From: a virus | Direction: 5' to 3' (one strand) | DNA: 22,509 nucleotides | IMG/VR virus record: IMGVR_UViG_3300050138_000571 | Span: 73,784-96,292 of that record | Part shown: one piece after another, positions 7,846 through 15,815 of the stretch | Layout of the letters: every line of letters begins with the position of its first letter | Position numbering within the stretch: position 1 is the first letter of the stretch | Program-made: the position numbers and the translations under genes | Notes under the pieces: model-generated | What the model saw: the letters and a program-made list of their open reading frames with translations, nothing else | Told to the model about the DNA's origin: nothing | Databases searched by the model: none

Positions 7846-7953
7846 ATGCACGACATCCTAAGTCTTTGGGCCGTCAACATCTTCCTGGTGGTGCCAGTGA
7901 TAGGGATCTGGGAGCTGACCAAGTGGCTGTGGCGGGGTCTGGGTAGATGGTAA
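7846..7953 (+). CDS. 35-aa single-TM peptide (below the ORF track cutoff)
   Basis: MHDILSLWAVNIFLVVPVIGIWELTKWLWRGLGRW*; fills the gap exactly; preceded by a degenerate element. Confidence 0.6.
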   Translation: MHDILSLWAVNIFLVVPVIGIWELTKWLWRGLGRW

Positions 7954-7958
7954 GCCGG

Positions 7959-7970
7959 CGTTCGCTATAG
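7959..7970 (+). promoter_or_regulatory. CGTTCGCTATAG element #3
   Basis: 5 nt after stop 7953; spacer GGAGTC (6 nt); ATG 7977. Confidence 0.9.
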
Positions 7971-7976
7971 GGAGTC

Positions 7977-8291
7977 ATGGGCAACAGCGCGGCCGCGAAA
8001 ATGTTCTGGGGGTTCCCTGTCGAGGACGAGGACGTCAAGGGGAAGCTCGAAAACTGGGCCGAAAAGTACGCCGCCGCCAAGGGCGTCGCGGCGCCAGAGG
8101 GCGAGTACGACCGCGACAAGTACCGGGCATATCTGGACGAGAAGGCGCCCGTAATGAAGGCGAAGATGGAGAAAGAACATGCGCGGCAGATCACCGAAAT
8201 TCGAGCCCATTACGAGGCCGAATTGGCGATGGCGAGAAATGCTTGCAGGTCGAGCAGGCCTTCATCGGCTATCTCTCTCCTGCGTCTGTAA
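7977..8291 (+). CDS. Hypothetical protein
   Basis: Element-associated ATG; the C-terminal ~20 aa look like read-through into unrelated sequence. Confidence 0.7.
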   Translation: MGNSAAAKMFWGFPVEDEDVKGKLENWAEKYAAAKGVAAPEGEYDRDKYRAYLDEKAPVMKAKMEKEHARQITEIRAHYEAELAMARNACRSSRPSSAISLLRL

Positions 8292-8472
8292 GATCCGGCG
8301 CCTTCACAAGAAAGACTGCCAGTTCCGTCGCGCAGCCACATGTTCAGTCGCCATCCCCTGCGAGCCCCACGGCCGCGACACCTGCCCGATCTGCGACAAG
8401 TGCACCTGCAAATCCGCCACGGCTCAAAAGCAGGAAACCGCGCTCCAGCATCCGCGCAAGCGTTCGCTATAG
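8239..8472 (+). CDS. Cys-rich hypothetical protein; ends in RSL*
   Basis: CVC...HKKDC...CEPHGRDTCPICDKCTC; stop is the TAG of element #4; start uncertain. Confidence 0.55.
   Translation: MLAGRAGLHRLSLSCVCKIRRLHKKDCQFRRAATCSVAIPCEPHGRDTCPICDKCTCKSATAQKQETALQHPRKRSL
8461..8472 (+). promoter_or_regulatory. CGTTCGCTATAG element #4
   Basis: Spacer ACCGATC; ATG 8480. Confidence 0.9.
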
Positions 8473-8479
8473 ACCGATC

Positions 8480-8803
8480 ATGACGTGGCCCCTCCTGCTC
8501 CTTGGCTTCCTGGGCGCGGGACTCTCTTCGGCCGCAGACGTCGTTCTCGTCAAGGCTGTCAAATACCCGCAGCAGACGTTGTGGATGGTGCTGGTAGGAT
8601 CGGTGCTGCTCGGACTCGGGGGCCCCATCTGGTACGCGATGTCCAGGCTCTCCGGAGGCAAGTACGTAGAGCCCGCGATTGCCTGGACCATGGCCTCCAC
8701 GATCACGGTCATCGTCGCGGTCACGATCTGCGACGGAAGCCAGTCCCCGCGGCAGTGGATAGGCTTTGCCCTGATCCTGGTCGGGGCTTTGGTGCGCGGG
8801 TAA
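8480..8803 (+). CDS. 4-TM SMR/DMT(EamA)-like membrane protein (107 aa), single-gene module
   Basis: Four hydrophobic segments, AIAWT and SPRQWIGFALILVG C-terminal signature typical of SMR/DMT proteins; bounded by elements #4 and #5. Confidence 0.7.
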   Translation: MTWPLLLLGFLGAGLSSAADVVLVKAVKYPQQTLWMVLVGSVLLGLGGPIWYAMSRLSGGKYVEPAIAWTMASTITVIVAVTICDGSQSPRQWIGFALILVGALVRG

Positions 8804-8804
8804 C

Positions 8805-8816
8805 CGTTCGCTATAG
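8805..8816 (+). promoter_or_regulatory. CGTTCGCTATAG element #5
   Basis: 1 nt after stop 8803; spacer GCAGATC; ATG 8824. Confidence 0.9.
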
Positions 8817-8823
8817 GCAGATC

Positions 8824-9312
8824 ATGACTCTTCTTGTAGCCGGCATCGTCTCCTTGTTGGTCTGGGCACTGGGATTGGGGCTCGGGTTCGGGCTCAGTGG
8901 CTTCATCCACCTGTTCCTGGTCGCCGCCGTCGTGTTTCTTCTGTTCTGGGTTGTTCGTGGGCCCGACATCCCCTGGGAAAGTGCGGCGTCCAATACCGAC
9001 TTGCGCTGGGGTGCCGCGCTCGCAGGGGTCGACCAACTGTCTGAGGAGCTAGACGCGGCCGAGGAACTGGCCGATGAACTAGAAGATGAACTAGCCGTAG
9101 CCGAAGCCCGCATCGTGGAGCTGGAGGCCCGACTCGGTCCCAAGCCCTGGTGCCCCGAGTGCGGCCACCCTTTGGCGTCCTTTCACGAAATCATTGGGTG
9201 CCAGCACCTGATCCCTGTCTACGTCAACAAGAGACTCTTGCTGCACGACAAATGCCGCTGCCGCTGCAAGAAAGTGTCCCAGACCGCGACCTACCCGGGC
9301 TGGGTCCTGTAA
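8824..9312 (+). CDS. Membrane protein: lmo0937/DUF5670-like 2-TM N-terminus, acidic coiled coil and CxxCxH Zn motif
   Basis: LLVWALGL...GFIHLFLVAAVVFLLFWVVRG; ELDAAEELADELEDEL; CPECGH...CRC. Confidence 0.65.
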   Translation: MTLLVAGIVSLLVWALGLGLGFGLSGFIHLFLVAAVVFLLFWVVRGPDIPWESAASNTDLRWGAALAGVDQLSEELDAAEELADELEDELAVAEARIVELEARLGPKPWCPECGHPLASFHEIIGCQHLIPVYVNKRLLLHDKCRCRCKKVSQTATYPGWVL

Positions 9313-9314
9313 TC

Positions 9315-9941
9315 ATGAGCCTCTGCGTTCACGATCGCAGCGACTGCTTGTGCGGTCGACCTTCGGCCGACCGGATCGATCTTGTGCTCCAGCTCGCCGA
9401 GATGAAGTTGAAGCTTGAAGCGGCCGAGGCGCGGGTTGCCGAGCTGGAGCGCGAGTACGCTTCCGCCGCCTCGGCCCAGGAGTCCCTCCACGACCGGATC
9501 GGGCAAGCCGTCACCCTGATGCGCGAAGAGGTCCCGAACCAGATCTGCGTCATGCGCGACCCGAAGGTTGGGATCAACCAGAGCGTCGACTGCGGGCAAT
9601 GCTGGTACTGCCGTGTCCGCGCGTACGTCCGCGATTACGACACCCAAAAGATTCCGGACTACGCCAAGGACGCCGGGTATGTCGTCGATGGCGCAATCCA
9701 TAGCTGGTTCGAGTTGACGTACGCCCAATACCTCACGATCCCAAGGACGGCTTTGCAGTCGATGCCGCTGGAGTGGCAGGACCGCTTCGTTCGCTGTCTC
9801 GAAGAGCTGGACGTCACCCTAGACTGGCGGCCTGAGGGTGGTCGGTACTGGGTAAAGCTGAAGGACAGCAAGGGTTGGAACATGTCCGACCCTCTGTGCG
9901 ACTACGAGCGCGGACGCCGCCGATTGCCGAGGAATACATGA
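9315..9941 (+). CDS. Phage hypothetical protein, multi-domain
   Basis: ATG 9315, 2 nt after the previous stop; coiled coil, CGQCWYC, and C-terminal IHSWFELTYAQYLTIPRTALQSMPLEWQ. Confidence 0.75.
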   Translation: MSLCVHDRSDCLCGRPSADRIDLVLQLAEMKLKLEAAEARVAELEREYASAASAQESLHDRIGQAVTLMREEVPNQICVMRDPKVGINQSVDCGQCWYCRVRAYVRDYDTQKIPDYAKDAGYVVDGAIHSWFELTYAQYLTIPRTALQSMPLEWQDRFVRCLEELDVTLDWRPEGGRYWVKLKDSKGWNMSDPLCDYERGRRRLPRNT

Positions 9942-10063
9942 GTGGAATCTTCATCTTGGTCTACGGCCCCATCACGGTGACGGTCCTGTCCGTCGCCCTC
10001 GTGCGGCTACTGGTAAGGCCGAAGCTGTACGTTCCCTGCGAGACGAAAGAAGGCGCCGAGTGA
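9938..10063 (+). CDS. 41-aa single-TM peptide
   Basis: ATGA and GTGA overlaps at both ends; MSGIFILVYGPITVTVLSVALVRLLV. Confidence 0.6.
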   Translation: MSGIFILVYGPITVTVLSVALVRLLVRPKLYVPCETKEGAE

Positions 10064-10806
10064 AGAATTACGAGAAGACTCGCCAGCAGCTCAAGGAAAG
10101 GGGCTGGCGCCGCAGCGACCGGACATCGGGAAGTGTCCACCAGGAGCGGTGGTATCCGCCGCCGCGACGCGGAGACAACTTCACTCTCCCCAATGCTATG
10201 TCGTACACAAAGGCCTGTGTGAGTGAGGGGATCACGCCCGCAGCTAACTCCAACCGCAGCGACCCGCGCCCGTCGTACAAGCGCAAGAAGACGATCCAGG
10301 CCAAGCACCTGGACACCCGCAAGATCCTGGAGTTCATCGTAGATCACTGCAAGAAGACGGGACACCTCTGGACCACGTTTTACGACCTGGAGGACGGGTT
10401 CCCGGACTGGGACAAGTATCCGGACAAAGTGATCCGGGCGAAGATGCGCTCGCTGGTCAAACAGGGCTACCTCAACGGGTGCAACTGTGGCTGCCGCGGC
10501 GACTTCGAGCCCCAGGGCCTCGCCTACTACTTCCTGAGCAAAAATCGCAGCCGAGACGACATCAAGCCCGGGTTCGCCATGCACGTCGACGGCCGCGCCC
10601 TGCGCGACATGTGGTGGGAGGGCACCACGATGTGCGCGCAGTTCCACGATACCGGCGCCATCACCAAGTTCTATGGTGCCAACTTCAAGGACTACAGCAT
10701 TGGCACCATGCAGCCCGATGGCACGGCAACCATCACCGGCACCATTCAGCCCGCGACCATCGAGTTCATCTCGATCACTTTCGTCATCGACGACAAGAAA
10801 CCATGA
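10060..10806 (+). CDS. Phage hypothetical protein with a GCxCGCRGDF motif
   Basis: PDKVIRAKMRSLVKQGYLNGCNCGCRGDFE; coupled overlaps at both ends. Confidence 0.75.
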   Translation: MKNYEKTRQQLKERGWRRSDRTSGSVHQERWYPPPRRGDNFTLPNAMSYTKACVSEGITPAANSNRSDPRPSYKRKKTIQAKHLDTRKILEFIVDHCKKTGHLWTTFYDLEDGFPDWDKYPDKVIRAKMRSLVKQGYLNGCNCGCRGDFEPQGLAYYFLSKNRSRDDIKPGFAMHVDGRALRDMWWEGTTMCAQFHDTGAITKFYGANFKDYSIGTMQPDGTATITGTIQPATIEFISITFVIDDKKP

Positions 10807-11057
10807 AGGCCGAGGCTTGCTCGTTCTGGTGCAGTAAATGCAAGATCGTTCACCCCGGGGAATGTCCGCCGGGCACATACCCGGACCCCGTTGCCGCCAC
10901 CTGGCGCCACGATTGGGAGGCGCTGCCGGTCATCGATCTGTCGAACGTAAGCGTGTGCAGGCGCTGCTTTCTTCGTCACCGCGACTCTCTTGTCGACGCT
11001 CTCTCGGGCCAGGGCAAACCACGACCAGTCGACGGCTGCCCCAAGAAGCCCGTTTGA
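10803..11057 (+). CDS. Cys-rich hypothetical protein
   Basis: ATGA overlap; WCSKCKIVHPGEC, HDW...CRRC. Confidence 0.65.
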   Translation: MKAEACSFWCSKCKIVHPGECPPGTYPDPVAATWRHDWEALPVIDLSNVSVCRRCFLRHRDSLVDALSGQGKPRPVDGCPKKPV

Positions 11058-11059
11058 GG

Positions 11060-11087
11060 TTGACAGCAAACCTAGATATGATATCGT
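11060..11087 (+). promoter_or_regulatory. Sigma70-type promoter with extended -10, probably leaderless
   Basis: TTGACA (11060)-N16-TATCGT (11082-11087) preceded by TGn; N7; ATG 11095; starts 2 nt after stop 11057. Confidence 0.7.
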
Positions 11088-11094
11088 AGTCAAA

Positions 11095-11349
11095 ATGAGC
11101 GCCGCCAAGAACCTCACCGTCAAAGAGCTGATCGGACAGCTTCAGGGCCTGCTCTTCGAGGGCAAGATCAGCGAAGACTCCTGGGTCGCAACCGGCGGCT
11201 GCGACTGCAACGGACTCGCGGGCGACGTCACCGTGATTGCTGGGGAGCGGGCGCCGGAGATCTACGTCTATGACGAGGACTGCGTCATCACCGACACCGT
11301 GACAGCGCCAGGCCCCGTCGCCTTCATCGGGAGATTCAAGAACAAATGA
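11095..11349 (+). CDS. Hypothetical protein
   Basis: MSAAKNLTVKELIGQL...GCDC; promoter-associated ATG. Confidence 0.7.
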   Translation: MSAAKNLTVKELIGQLQGLLFEGKISEDSWVATGGCDCNGLAGDVTVIAGERAPEIYVYDEDCVITDTVTAPGPVAFIGRFKNK

Positions 11350-12161
11350 ACGACGTCAAGATCATCGACTTCGGATCCTCCCCGAAGAAGCGAGCGCCGG
11401 CTGCGGATTACCCGTGGGTCAAGAGCCTCGGCTTCGGATCCGGCCCGTACCCGGGGCCGAACGGGCTCGTCACCTGCACCCAGCTCGATCACAGCGAGTA
11501 CAAGGAGTCGACGAACCACTGGAACGCCTTGGAGTGGGTCGAAGAAAAGAAGGAGTGCAAGAAATGTGGGCGGCCACCGTACCAGGAATGGTTCAAGGCC
11601 ATAAACTGGAAAAGCCGAGACATCGAGTACTGGCGCGAGATCTTCCGAACCGCCGCCGACGCCGAGCGCCGATACGATGGCGGCCTTCCGTTCTTCTATT
11701 TGTGGGAGTCGAAGCGCTGGGCCGGGGAACGCACGATCATCGGGGACCAGGACTATGATCCCGGACTTGAAGTCCTGAAAACGAATTCCGGTATGCAGTT
11801 CCGGACGAAGTCCGTGCTCACGCTTCTGCACCAGCGCTACAAAAACAGTTGGCGCGAGCAACACGGTCGTCCCGGGACCTTTACTCTGGCCCAGCACATC
11901 CGGCTATCGCGCTACGATCACCGACGTCCGAAGGCCAAGGAGAACCGCTACCTGGGCTTCGACAGCCTACTTCGTATGGAGCTGGATGAAATGGCCAAGG
12001 ATCTTTCCTGCGTCGACAACTATCGTGTCGCCGACGTCAGCAAGCGCAAGGATATGCGACGGTACCGGAAGCAGCGGGACAGCGGATGTTGTGGGTCGGA
12101 CGACAAAGAGGTCTCGATGATGGGCCGGAAGTTCATGATCGGGATCAATTTTGGGCACTAA
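11346..12161 (+). CDS. Phage hypothetical protein, multi-domain
   Basis: ATGA overlap; CKKC; C-terminal DNYRVA...GCCGS...MIGINFGH. Confidence 0.75.
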   Translation: MNDVKIIDFGSSPKKRAPAADYPWVKSLGFGSGPYPGPNGLVTCTQLDHSEYKESTNHWNALEWVEEKKECKKCGRPPYQEWFKAINWKSRDIEYWREIFRTAADAERRYDGGLPFFYLWESKRWAGERTIIGDQDYDPGLEVLKTNSGMQFRTKSVLTLLHQRYKNSWREQHGRPGTFTLAQHIRLSRYDHRRPKAKENRYLGFDSLLRMELDEMAKDLSCVDNYRVADVSKRKDMRRYRKQRDSGCCGSDDKEVSMMGRKFMIGINFGH

Positions 12162-12164
12162 CAG

Positions 12165-12371
12165 ATGACCAAAGCTGAACGGAAGAAGCACCGGAGCGAA
12201 GTTATACGGGGTGCCGCAAACTTGCTCAGGGCCGAGGCGGACAACGGCTCCGGCTGGCTCTACTACGGCATAGGCGACGGTCTCACTGATCTGAACGAGG
12301 AGACTGTATCGTATCGACTCTCTGTCCTGGATCGGCTGGCAGCGTCCATCGAGCGCAAGGCAGGGATCTAG
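12165..12371 (+). CDS. Hypothetical protein
   Basis: Fills the gap; abuts the next ATG. Confidence 0.6.
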   Translation: MTKAERKKHRSEVIRGAANLLRAEADNGSGWLYYGIGDGLTDLNEETVSYRLSVLDRLAASIERKAGI

Positions 12372-12629
12372 ATGGGATCGAACAACGGAAGCGGCTGGCC
12401 GCTCTACTTCTGGTGCGCAGCCTGCAAGAAGAGGCCAGGCTGGGGTCAACTCTCCGTGAGGCCGGGCCGGGAAGTCGTACGTACAGGGCGCACAAAATCT
12501 TACACCGGTGGCAATCTCGGAGTCCGCGGTCTCAACACCTTCCACGAGTACTGGTGCACGGACTGCGGTCACAGGGGCTGGAGCCGTCACGTCGACATAG
12601 CTAAGAGGCCGCTCGAAACAAAGTCCTGA
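12372..12629 (+). CDS. Zn-ribbon hypothetical protein
   Basis: CAAC...EYWCTDCGHRGWSRH. Confidence 0.7.
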   Translation: MGSNNGSGWPLYFWCAACKKRPGWGQLSVRPGREVVRTGRTKSYTGGNLGVRGLNTFHEYWCTDCGHRGWSRHVDIAKRPLETKS

Positions 12630-12632
12630 GGG

Positions 12633-12644
12633 CGTTCGCTATAG
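12633..12644 (+). promoter_or_regulatory. CGTTCGCTATAG element #6
   Basis: 3 nt after stop 12629; spacer GCTGGGT; ATG 12652. Confidence 0.9.
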
Positions 12645-12651
12645 GCTGGGT

Positions 12652-12864
12652 ATGGACACCAGCAGCGCACCGTTCCCGCACCCGACGCAAATGGACGACG
12701 GCATCCCGGTCGCCCTCGACGATGAGGAGCCGACGGTGGCCATCAAGAACGAGACCATCGAGGAGATCGGGCTCGAAGAGCAGCGCAAGCGCCATCTCCG
12801 GGAGGAAGCGGAGCGCATGCTGTACGAGGCCAACCTACAGCTCTGCGAGGGGCTGCTGGGATGA
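12652..12864 (+). CDS. Acidic hypothetical protein
   Basis: Element-associated ATG; ATGA overlap with the next gene. Confidence 0.7.
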   Translation: MDTSSAPFPHPTQMDDGIPVALDDEEPTVAIKNETIEEIGLEEQRKRHLREEAERMLYEANLQLCEGLLG

Positions 12865-13109
12865 GCTGCGAGGCCAAGACCTGCGTACTCGACGTACTGG
12901 AGCCTGTCTTCGGTGACGAAGCCGGCAACATCGCCATGAGCTTTACCTGCTTCCCGGCGAGCTGCGACGTAGCCAGCGAGCAAGGACGGAAGCTGGTCGA
13001 GCGCGTTGCAGTCGTTGGGAAGGTGGCCGCCCTCGCCGAGGTCCAGGACGAGATCGACGCCCAGTTTGCGGAAATAGTGGCCAAGGGGAGATTCGATGCC
13101 GATGAGTGA
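12861..13109 (+). CDS. Hypothetical protein
   Basis: Coupled start; ...AMSFTCFP... Confidence 0.65.
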   Translation: MSCEAKTCVLDVLEPVFGDEAGNIAMSFTCFPASCDVASEQGRKLVERVAVVGKVAALAEVQDEIDAQFAEIVAKGRFDADE

Positions 13110-13593
13110 CGAGCTTCGTGACCGCGCCCGGAAGCTGTTCCGGACACCGTTCAAATACGCGGGCGGCTACATCTGGGACGACGACGGCGAGATGCTTGCG
13201 GACAACCACGTCGGCTTCGACGCCCCGGGCGCGACCCTCCGTGTGCGCGGATGGGGCAGGCTCGGCTACATCGCGAAGTCGCCCAAAGAAGCGGCGGCGC
13301 TCCAGGACGCCTACGGCGAGCTGATCGCGGAGGCGCTGACGGCCCACTTCAGGAAGAGAACCAACGCGGTATTGATCCCCGAAGACAAGCTGAAGGAGCT
13401 TCAGGACGAGCGCGACCACCTCACGAAAGACCTGGCAGAGGCTCGCGATCTGCTACAGACCGCGGCCACGTTTCTGAGTTGCGATCCAAGTTCCGTCGAC
13501 GCAGCGGTTGTCAGAGAGTTCGGGATGCTATCGGAGGATACCCGTAGCCTGCTCGCGCTCATCACCGCCTTCTTGCCCCCAAAGACGAAATGA
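13096..13593 (+). CDS. Phage hypothetical protein with an RGWG motif
   Basis: PFKYAGGYIWDDDGEMLAD...LRVRGWGRLGY...QDAYGELIAEALT; start 13096 or 13102. Confidence 0.75.
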   Translation: MPMSDELRDRARKLFRTPFKYAGGYIWDDDGEMLADNHVGFDAPGATLRVRGWGRLGYIAKSPKEAAALQDAYGELIAEALTAHFRKRTNAVLIPEDKLKELQDERDHLTKDLAEARDLLQTAATFLSCDPSSVDAAVVREFGMLSEDTRSLLALITAFLPPKTK

Positions 13594-13859
13594 GCACCGT
13601 ACGTGAGGCGATTCGCAATCGCTGCGAACACATTCTTCTGTCGAAGGTAGACGAATCGACCAGGCGAGCGATCGGATCATGGGTGGCTAAGATCGTTGCC
13701 GCATCAGGCGTTGCGAACGTCACCATCGAGGCCGCATACGATCCGATCGATCAAACCAGAATAGCTCTCGTCTGGCACGGCCCGGAGTTCGACCTGTCGC
13801 CCGCGGAGGCAAATCGCATCTTGGAGCGCGCCCTGCCGGAAGGGTTTCGGCTAGCATGA
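13590..13859 (+). CDS. Hypothetical protein
   Basis: ATGA overlaps at both ends. Confidence 0.65.
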   Translation: MSTVREAIRNRCEHILLSKVDESTRRAIGSWVAKIVAASGVANVTIEAAYDPIDQTRIALVWHGPEFDLSPAEANRILERALPEGFRLA

Positions 13860-14092
13860 ACACCGACTTCGAGACCGACTGCCTTCATTGGCGCAATCGG
13901 CTTCTGACGGGAAAGCTCGCCCATTGGTGTGGGCAATGGGACGACCTCCCGGTCGACGAGACCACGATCGAGATCGAGTGCTGTACATGCTTCACCGCGG
14001 AAGAGCGGGCGCCCGTCCAGGACATCATTGACGCCACGATCCTCGCCTTTCGCAGGGGCGACCCGACCGACGAGCTTTGTGAGGCCCAATGA
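13856..14092 (+). CDS. Small Cys/Trp phage protein
   Basis: HWCGQWDDLPVDET..E..CCTC; ATGA overlaps. Confidence 0.7.
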   Translation: MNTDFETDCLHWRNRLLTGKLAHWCGQWDDLPVDETTIEIECCTCFTAEERAPVQDIIDATILAFRRGDPTDELCEAQ

Positions 14093-14469
14093 CTAATCCA
14101 CAGATCATAGCTTTTCAGGAAACCTGTCGCGCAACGCATGTCGCGTGGGTCAAGTATTTCACTCAGCACCCGGACCAGCACAAGCGAGCGCTCACGGGCC
14201 TGGTGGGGACCAAGCGCCAACACGAACGCCTGATCAAGAGCTACGACGCATCGATCCGAGCCCTGAGGCTACTACCTTCCCGATCGGGAAGAAAAGTCGC
14301 CGAGACAGCCCATGGGCGTCCCGATCTTCCCGATCGGGACGCCCGATGTTCCCGATCGGGAAGCCCGATGTTCTGCGAGCACGCCAACGAGGTGCCGCAG
14401 GTCTGCCCGTGTACGGGACCCGACTGCTACTGCAAAACCCACACCTGCAAAGATCGGGGGCAGTTCTGA
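14089..14469 (+). CDS. Hypothetical protein spanning the palindrome cluster; Cys-rich C-terminus
   Basis: ATGA start; C-terminal CEHANEVPQVCPC...CYCKTHTC; TGATG overlap with the next gene. Confidence 0.6.
   Translation: MTNPQIIAFQETCRATHVAWVKYFTQHPDQHKRALTGLVGTKRQHERLIKSYDASIRALRLLPSRSGRKVAETAHGRPDLPDRDARCSRSGSPMFCEHANEVPQVCPCTGPDCYCKTHTCKDRGQF
14277..14373. repeat. Cluster of TTCCCGATCGGGA(A) palindromes and a 22-bp tandem repeat
   Basis: Palindromes at 14277-14290, 14327-14339, 14349-14362; 22-bp units at 14320-14341 and 14342-14363 plus a partial unit; 13-bp perfect stem 14314-14326/14332-14344. Confidence 0.9.
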
Positions 14470-14789
14470 TGTGGTTCGGACCCCGACTGAAGTTCGCGCG
14501 GGCCAGAGTCAAACTGGAGGACGCAGCCGCGCTCGTCTACACGAATTGGGGCGGAGATCGTTGGGGGCATTCCGTCTACTGCAGCCCCGTCGATTACTGG
14601 TCGCATCGGCACTCGCCTGAGACTGTCTTCGCGCTCCTGCCATTGCTCGGGTCGCTCTGGAAAGAGATGTTGAAGGACCGGAGGGCGGACGAGCCGGTCT
14701 ACGTCTCCCGATTCGTCCTGCGCCCACACGATGCAGTCCCCGAGGGTGAGGTGTGGTTGGTTCCAGACGAGTTCCTGGGTTCGCTATAG
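14469..14789 (+). CDS. Hypothetical protein; ends in GSL*
   Basis: TGATG coupling; stop is the TAG of element #7. Confidence 0.65.
   Translation: MWFGPRLKFARARVKLEDAAALVYTNWGGDRWGHSVYCSPVDYWSHRHSPETVFALLPLLGSLWKEMLKDRRADEPVYVSRFVLRPHDAVPEGEVWLVPDEFLGSL
14778..14789 (+). promoter_or_regulatory. GGTTCGCTATAG element #7
   Basis: Spacer GTCAGAC; ATG 14797. Confidence 0.9.
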
Positions 14790-14796
14790 GTCAGAC

Positions 14797-15336
14797 ATGA
14801 TTACGACAACGAGCCCCGTCACCGCGAGTTGGTTCGCGGCGGAGAAGCACAAAGGCCAGAAGTACGGCAATCTGCCCTACATCTACCACCTAGTGCAGGC
14901 TGTGAGCTGTCTGGAGAACAGCATCCTGAGCCTGCCGGCCCTGCGCTTCTACGACCACGACGTGTTGCGCTCTGCGGTCTGGTTGCACGATGTGGTTGAA
15001 GATACGGAGACGTCCATTTTTGAGCTGAGCAAGCTCTTCGATCCTCGTGTCGTGGAGCTTGTCGACGCCGTCACCGACGGCCCGGGCAAGAACCGCAGCG
15101 AGCGCAAAGCGCCGATGTACAGGAAGGTGCGCGCGATCGGGACTCCGGCGCTCGCCGTCAAGCTCGCCGACCGCCTCGCCAACGCCCTCGTCTGCGGCCT
15201 CTCCAAAGAGAAGGGCCGGATGCTGGAAATGTATCAGAAGGAGCAGCACCACTTCGAGGAGGAACTGCGCTCGATCGATCCCGGCCTCATCCCGGCCTGG
15301 AACGAGCTGCGCCACCACCTGGGGCTTCCGATATGA
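14797..15336 (+). CDS. HD-domain protein, RelA/SpoT hydrolase (Mesh1/small alarmone hydrolase)-like
   Basis: H.GQ.Y...PYIYHL, LHDVVEDT, VDAVTD, VKLADRLAN. Confidence 0.9.
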   Translation: MITTTSPVTASWFAAEKHKGQKYGNLPYIYHLVQAVSCLENSILSLPALRFYDHDVLRSAVWLHDVVEDTETSIFELSKLFDPRVVELVDAVTDGPGKNRSERKAPMYRKVRAIGTPALAVKLADRLANALVCGLSKEKGRMLEMYQKEQHHFEEELRSIDPGLIPAWNELRHHLGLPI

Positions 15337-15815
15337 GCTGTGAACACAACAACCGCTGCTCCGGGGATTGCTGCAAGCGATTCTACCTGCCCTTCTCTCC
15401 GGACCAGCTCAAGACGATGGCGGAAACGGGCGACCACCCGCATAACAAGGAAGAGATCGTCTTCGTCGCCGACATGGTGATCCCGATCGAGGCAGCGAAG
15501 GACGCCAAAGAAGGCGTCGACGGTGGGCCGCCCCCACAAACCGGCCACTACTACACCTGCCGTCACCATGACGCTGCTACCGGCAACTGTACCACCTACG
15601 AGACCCGGCCTCGCGTCTGTCGCGACTTTCCCTTCTACGGCGCCGGGTACCGCAACCGATGCCGGTACAAGACCTGCACCTGGGAGGAAGCGCGCAACCC
15701 TCCGGTCGCGATGGATCGCCAAAGCCTAATCAGGAAGCTTCCCCGAAGCCTTGAACCCTGCAACAAGGCCCTCGAAGTTACACAGGCCGACTGTTCCGGC
15801 CAGGTGGCAGTGTAA
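15333..15815 (+). CDS. YkgJ-family cysteine-cluster (CxxxCC) protein
   Basis: CSGDCC...CRHHD...CTTYETRPRVCRDFPFY. Confidence 0.85.
   Translation: MSCEHNNRCSGDCCKRFYLPFSPDQLKTMAETGDHPHNKEEIVFVADMVIPIEAAKDAKEGVDGGPPPQTGHYYTCRHHDAATGNCTTYETRPRVCRDFPFYGAGYRNRCRYKTCTWEEARNPPVAMDRQSLIRKLPRSLEPCNKALEVTQADCSGQVAV

Noticed and set aside
9788-9795. Partial CGTTCGC(T) matches (also near 1924 and 17394)
   Set aside because: Intragenic, lack TATAG and the ATG spacing; expected by chance in GC-rich DNA.
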